From Guillardia theta CCMP2712 (lineage: Eukaryota > Protista > Cryptophyta), in the NCBI RefSeq assembly GCF_000315625.1, contig NW_005434648.1, forward strand, positions 186,001 through 250,000: a stretch of 64,000 nt of DNA. Reading direction: 5' to 3'. Under the pieces are notes generated by a model, which saw only the letters and a program-made list of their open reading frames with translations, did not search any database and had not been told where the DNA came from. Below, piece by piece: positions 58,972-64,000 of the stretch (positions are counted from its first letter, which is position 1; every line of letters begins with the position of its first letter). The position numbers were made by a program, and so were the translations under genes.

Positions 58972-58989
58972 GGCGGCAGCGTGGACGAG

Positions 58990-60380
58990 CAATGAGCCTC
59001 CGAAGGGAATGGGTGAGTTCCACAGGGTAGGTGGTTGCGTATTTTGAAGGTAGGGGTACTTGATGACTGTATGAAGGTGGGGTATGTTTGTGCTTAGTTG
59101 AACGGGTACATAATCCACCTTGTTTGACAGTAGGGGGTACTGGACGATTTGGGGGGTAGGGGGGTAGTCGTTTGTGGACGGGCAAAGACCTTCCTTATCG
59201 GGAAAGCAGAGGCGGCAGAGCAAATTACCGGCGGGTAGTACTGGACCTCATCCCCGCTCAACCGGGAGTCACCAGCCAACCTTGCCGGGCCCGGCCGCGC
59301 GCGCGTAGCGGGCCGCGGCCCGCCGTCGATGGTCACCAGTCCGGTTGAAGGCTGAGAGCAGGCCGCACGGTGCCACGGTGCGACCGTCGGACGGCCTCGG
59401 CGCCTTGGGGCCGCGCCACATAAGCGGCAGTCCGATCCGACTCGTGACACGGTCCAACGGTCACCGTGGCACCGGGTCAAGGGCAGTGGCAGTCACCCGA
59501 TCGTGCCACGGTGCCCTACCGCAGTGATCGGACGGTGAGGCCACTGCCGTGACCCGCCGGCGCTGACGGTACGGCGGGTCCGTCCGACTGGGATCATCCG
59601 GATTGCCGTGCCACCGTCGGTGACTCACCGGTGTCGGACTCCGGAGTCAGCCTCGAGTCAGCAGCCTCCGGTTGGCAGCCCGGCCCGGCCGGTGGGTCCA
59701 CTGCCCGGATAGCCCGGCCATCCCCGGCCGCCGGCGGCCCGGCGGCGGTCGGGCCCCCGGACTACCCTACGGGCCCTCATTCCGGATGAAGGACTCCGGG
59801 AGAATGACCCCCTCGTGGGCCTCAAAGCCGCTCTCCTACCCTACCCTCCACCCCCCGTGCTCGACGCTTTAGGACCTGACATCTTTTGAGGAGGGCATGG
59901 AGAGGAGGGGGGTACTATGAGGTGACCCAGGGGGTAGAATCTGGTAAATTCATGGGGTGGGTGGTAGTCGCTCCTCAGCTCCACCCAGGAGCTCATGGAA
60001 GGTTCAATAGAACACCCAGGGGGTGGGGTGACAATCAAGGGGGTATTAGTCTGATCCCACCATGAAGCAGGGGTACTTTTGATAGCAAAGACCCTGAGGA
60101 GGTCATGGGTGGGGTATTTTTGTATGGATGGGGTACAGGCTGAGGGGGTGGGACATTTGAACTTGCAGTAGGGGGTAGGAACCACACTAGGGGGTGGTGA
60201 CTCGGTTCGCCTCAGAGGGGAATGTAAGTCACGTGATCCAACAAGCATGTCACATGTAATAGTCACGTGATCTCAAATCTATAGTGATTGTATCTCACGT
60301 GACATTTCCTACTATGCTCGACCCCTCACGTGACATCAGGTGAGGGGGATCACGTGGTCTTCCTTTTTCTGACGTGAAAT
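58990..60380. promoter_or_regulatory. Bidirectional promoter region (MCM7 / PsbW): GGGTA flank, CCGG island, GGGTA flank, G-box cluster
   Basis: Island at about 59225-59800; CACGTG at 60230, 60264, 60296, 60327 and 60351. Confidence 0.65.
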
Positions 60381-60421
60381 CCTCCTCCCCACCACCTTCG
60401 CCTCCGTCGCCACCCTCCGCC

Positions 60422-61158
60422 ATGCTCCGCGCTGCCCTCCTCCTCGCGCTCGTAGCCGCCGCCGCCGCCTTCACGGCCCCTCACTCTGCTGGCCTTCGCC
60501 TCAGATCCGCTACCCCAGGTGGGAACCTGCTCTTTTCTGTGTCTCTAGCCGCTTTTCTTGTTGTGGGGTCCAGGAACAGCCTGGTGCATTTGCGCTAGTT
60601 GCAGCAGTGCAGTATGGCAGTTTAGAGTTCCTCTGGTGTATGTGAGAGGTTGAGACTAAGTCCCCTGATTCAATGCTGTTGTACGGCCGAAATAAGACGT
60701 ATGTGGGACTGTTTTGTACCACATCGCATGAATTTCATGTCACGACTGTTCGTTGCAAGACTTGCAAAGTTGTTGATTCTGTTCGTCTTATCCGTCTTGT
60801 TTTTCTTGTGTGGGTTGTTTACAATTACCTGATCTAATATCGTTGTCGTCCAGCCATGAGCATGAAGGCTGATTCCAATATCCGCATTCCCGAGGGTGTG
60901 AAGAAGGCTCTCGCCCCCGCCATCGCCTTTGCTGGCGCTGCTGCCCCTGCCTTCGCTGAGGGAACCGGCGAGGTCAGACCTCAGCAGATGCTCTGACTTG
61001 ATTCTGACAAGGACATGCAGGCCCTCGGAGTCGATGATGGCAAGCTCTTGATCCCCATCATCGTTGTCCCCCTCTTCGTTTTCTTGCTCTTCCAGGGATT
61101 TGCTGCTAACCAGGACAACGAGGACTTCTTTGACACCTATGACCAGCGCCGCCGGTAA
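60422..61158 (+). CDS. psbW: Photosystem II PsbW (nuclear-encoded 6.1 kDa type) with signal peptide, transit peptide and lumenal signal
   Basis: MLRAALLLALVAAAAA-F leader; introns 60519-60853 and 60973-61020; AAAPAFA^EGTGEALGVDDGKLLIPIIVVPLFVFLLF..acidic tail. Confidence 0.9.
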
Positions 61159-61402
61159 ACTTGTCGAGTTTCAACACGTCAAGTCAGCAGATGTGTGATG
61201 TGTGATTCTTTCAAGTAAAGCTATTGTTTCTTTGTTGACTTGAAATGTAAAAATTCGAAAAAAACAAAAAACACGAAATGAATCAGTACACGAGGCGCTT
61301 GGAGTTTGGCTCGCTCACACATACACACTTATGTTTAAGGTATGAGGCTTTATCCTAGTCAACGATATTTACATTATGAGCAGCAGAGAGAGAGGAGATA
61401 TC

Positions 61403-63179
61403 CTCAGCTCGGGCTAAAACTTGTCCATGTCATCCTTGACTTCACCTGGCAGAGGTTTGAATCTGCGCAGGTATATCAGGAGATCACAATCGGGCAGATC
61501 AGTGTTTACCCCGGTAGCAGCTTCACCATGCCGAGCACCTGAGCAAGCATCATCACGTCATCGCCCACAACCTTCGACATGTCACCGCTTGGAGCAATCC
61601 CGACGCCAGGGATGTGAAGGGCAAGGAGGGTGCGCGCTCAATTGTGTAGAGTTTGGTGCTCTCGATCCTGACAGAGCGAAGATGAGACATGCTCTCATGC
61701 GGCAGAGAAGCTTCTCACCCTGGTGCCGTGTACTTGGGTCGATCATCAGCGATGGAATTCGTCGACGACAACCGCTTCCTGTAGCTCGTGGAAGTGGGAA
61801 CTGGGACATCCTGCATGCGGATAGCGGTCATCAAGAACAGCACAGCTCCTCATCCTCATCCTCACATCCATCCAATTCGGGCCCAGCGTCTTGCATCGAA
61901 GGCTGTGATACTTGTTTGCGTTTGTTCGGACCGCTGCGAGCATAGGAGGAACCTTTCCAGCAGTCAACAACCAGTCCATGCAACGGCGTGTCTCTCGCAC
62001 CTCCTTCTTGATCTTGCCCTGCACAAGCTGGATGGGGAGGATGGGGAGTGGGAGAGCTTCGACGGAGTACTCGAGGTACGCCCTGCTGATGGCTTCACCG
62101 CCAGCAGATACACAGGAGCATAGAAAAGCCCTCACCTGCCATCCTTGCAGCTGGTGATTGAGTAGATGCCTTCGAACTCGATGAACTCCCTGGACTCTAC
62201 CTTGGAGAACTTGAGGCGCTGGAATGGTTCTTCTGTGACCTCCAAGACGATCCTCGTCGTTATCCTCAGGGTCGGCGATATCACTCCGACCTGTTCGATC
62301 CGAACTCTCCCATTGGGCTGCAGGATAGCTCCTGCAACAAGCACGCCAAAGCCGTCAGGATGTGACGACAGGAGCAGCATGAGTTAGCTCACCAGATTCT
62401 GCGATGTTCGGAATGTACTCGTGCAAGTTGTTGTAGTTGGTAAGAACGTCCCAGATCGCTCTCGGAGGCGCTTCAATGAACAGCCCTCCGCTGATTCGCC
62501 GCCTACTGCCGCCCAGGCCCTCGAGCTTGATGTTGATGTCAACGCCGTCCACGTTCTTGACCTCCTTCAGAATCAGCTCAGCTGGTCTGTACATATCGAG
62601 CGCTGAATGGACTTGAAGAGTGTCGCCTCGTGAACGTTTTGCACGCACTTTCCTCCTGTTCGATGATTCGACGGCAAGCTTTCCTGCAACCTCTCCCAGT
62701 CGAGGTGCATGAGTGGCAAAGCAAGCGGTTGATGTCTCTTGTCGCAAACAAAGACAGGATACAGAGTGTTCACCCACGAGGATGAAGAGGATTGCGATGA
62801 GGAAGGGAGCGCGGCATTTTGACAAAAATAGATTTTCAGTTCCAGACCATAAACGCAAACCATTCAAGCTCCATGAGGATTTCCCCGAGGATATTGCCAC
62901 AGCAGGAGAAAATTCAACGTCTTGAACAAAGTTTGTGGTCCGAAAGGACGAGATCAGGTCCCTCAGAGATGATGGGGACGAGGGGACGGAGATGTTGGTA
63001 TCACTTAGCACGCAACGGGAGTCGGCTACATGGCAACAAGGGGAGAGGGCAGAGGTGGAGCAGGAGGAAGCATCAGTGGGAGATGGACAGAGAGAGGAGG
63101 AGCGAGGGGAAGGCGAGGAGGTGGCAAGAAACTCTCCATCCTCCCTCCTGCTTCTTGCGCGTCTCCTCCTGTCAGCCAT
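61403..63179 (-). CDS. Polyketide cyclase/dehydrase (START-like, SRPBCC) domain protein; ends approximate
   Basis: RRISGGLFIEAPPRAIWDVLTNYNNLHEYIPNIAES, VRIEQVG..RIVLEVTE..F..VESREFIEFEGIY, LEYSVEALP..PIQLVQGKIKKEV. Confidence 0.85.
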
Positions 63180-63184
63180 GGCGG

Positions 63185-63570
63185 CCAGAGGGTACCCCGT
63201 CTGGTAAGAGGGTAGTCTGAACCTTCGGGGGTCATGGTGACAACATACCCCTTATCTGCTAAGAGACATCGCTATTAAACTAGGGGTTCAATCCAAATAT
63301 ACAAATTGTGTCGCCAGGTGGGTTGTTGTCAGAAGGGGGTAGGGTGGATCCCCGCAAGTCATAAGGCTCGAAACCACATCCCCGCTCACTAGAAAAACCG
63401 CAAACTTAGTCAAACTCAGTGACTGACCCGGAGCCTCACAGTCTCGGACGGTCAGTCAGAGTCCGACCCGGAGGCTCCCGGGCTCGGAGTCAGTGCGACC
63501 GGCCCGGTCGAGCCGACCGAGTCAAGGGCAGTGACTCGTCCAATATCCGATCGGTAACTGTTGGCAGCTT
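63185..63570. promoter_or_regulatory. Bidirectional promoter region: GGGTA/TACCC flank plus CCGG/GAGTC island
   Basis: Island 63415-63560 with repeated GAGTC/GACTC, CCGG and TCGGA/TCCGA between divergent starts. Confidence 0.55.
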
Positions 63571-63591
63571 TTCAAAGTTTCAATCAAGTTC

Positions 63592-64000
63592 ATGGCGGCC
63601 TTAGGGCGGCCGCCTTTCTCAGTTCCCCAGCTACTTGGCTTCAGCCTTCTCTTCCTCTGCGGCAGCCTCCGAGTTTGCGGCTTGCCCCTCGCATGGAGGA
63701 AGCACGAAGCCCCAGCGGTTGAGAGGTTTGTTCCCGCAAAGCTGTTAGTGTGTCAGAGTCAGGTGGGGAGAGAGAGAGCAACTTGGCAAGGGAGGAGGGG
63801 GGTGAAGGTTGACTGGGAGGACAGGGTGCAGCCAACGGAGGACAAAGAGAGTTGGCAGGAAGGTTCACCTTGGGGGAGTAGTTAATCGCAACCTCGTATC
63901 CTCTCTGTAGACCCTCGTCCGCTGCTGTCACGATTATCTGTCATTTAGGTCAGATCAAGCTCGCCTTGCTCCTCCCTTTCGCCGACTGTTGCTGCCTGAG
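63592..64000 (+). CDS. 5' part of a signal-peptide-bearing protein (runs out of the window)
   Basis: MAALGRPPFSVPQLLGFSLLFLCGSLRVCG.. followed by a GT donor at about 63763. Confidence 0.45.

Noticed and set aside
60519-60853. snoRNA in the long first intron of psbW
   Set aside because: No convincing paired C/D boxes with a terminal stem, and no H/ACA architecture could be identified by eye

Overview
Gene-dense, intron-rich eukaryotic nuclear DNA with three N-gaps (4320-4528, 10333-11211, 55682-55781). Bipartite plastid-targeting leaders with the signal-peptide/AF junction, short GT-AG introns with a CTGAC-like branch point, a nuclear PsbW and a leader-bearing UGPase point to an alga with a red secondary plastid, most likely a cryptophyte such as Guillardia theta (inference). 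About 20 genes were assembled by hand across introns, so boundaries are approximate. In order: MLO-like membrane protein with EF-hands, folate/FAD mitochondrial carrier, low-complexity putative transcription factor, PCID2, PBC-domain TALE homeobox gene (apparent 1-nt deletion at Asn51), a single RCC1-PX-TBC gene, A20/AN1 zinc finger, tetraspanin, an unknown leader-bearing protein, giant PB1+multi-EF-hand protein, TRAP-delta-like protein, hypothetical ORF, CREC-like EF-hand protein, UGPase, unknown secreted protein, RGG-rich protein, MCM7, PsbW, START/cyclase-like protein and a partial secreted protein. From about 15.8 kb onward the genes alternate strand almost strictly. Most notable: (i) ubiquitin-C-terminus-like LRLRGG motifs at the end of targeting leaders, a candidate presequence-processing system; (ii) a recurring promoter architecture of CCGG/GASTC/TCGGA-rich islands flanked by GGGTA/TACCC/GTAC-rich DNA; (iii) several unusual domain architectures. 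No rRNA, tRNA, CRISPR or recognisable transposon was seen.
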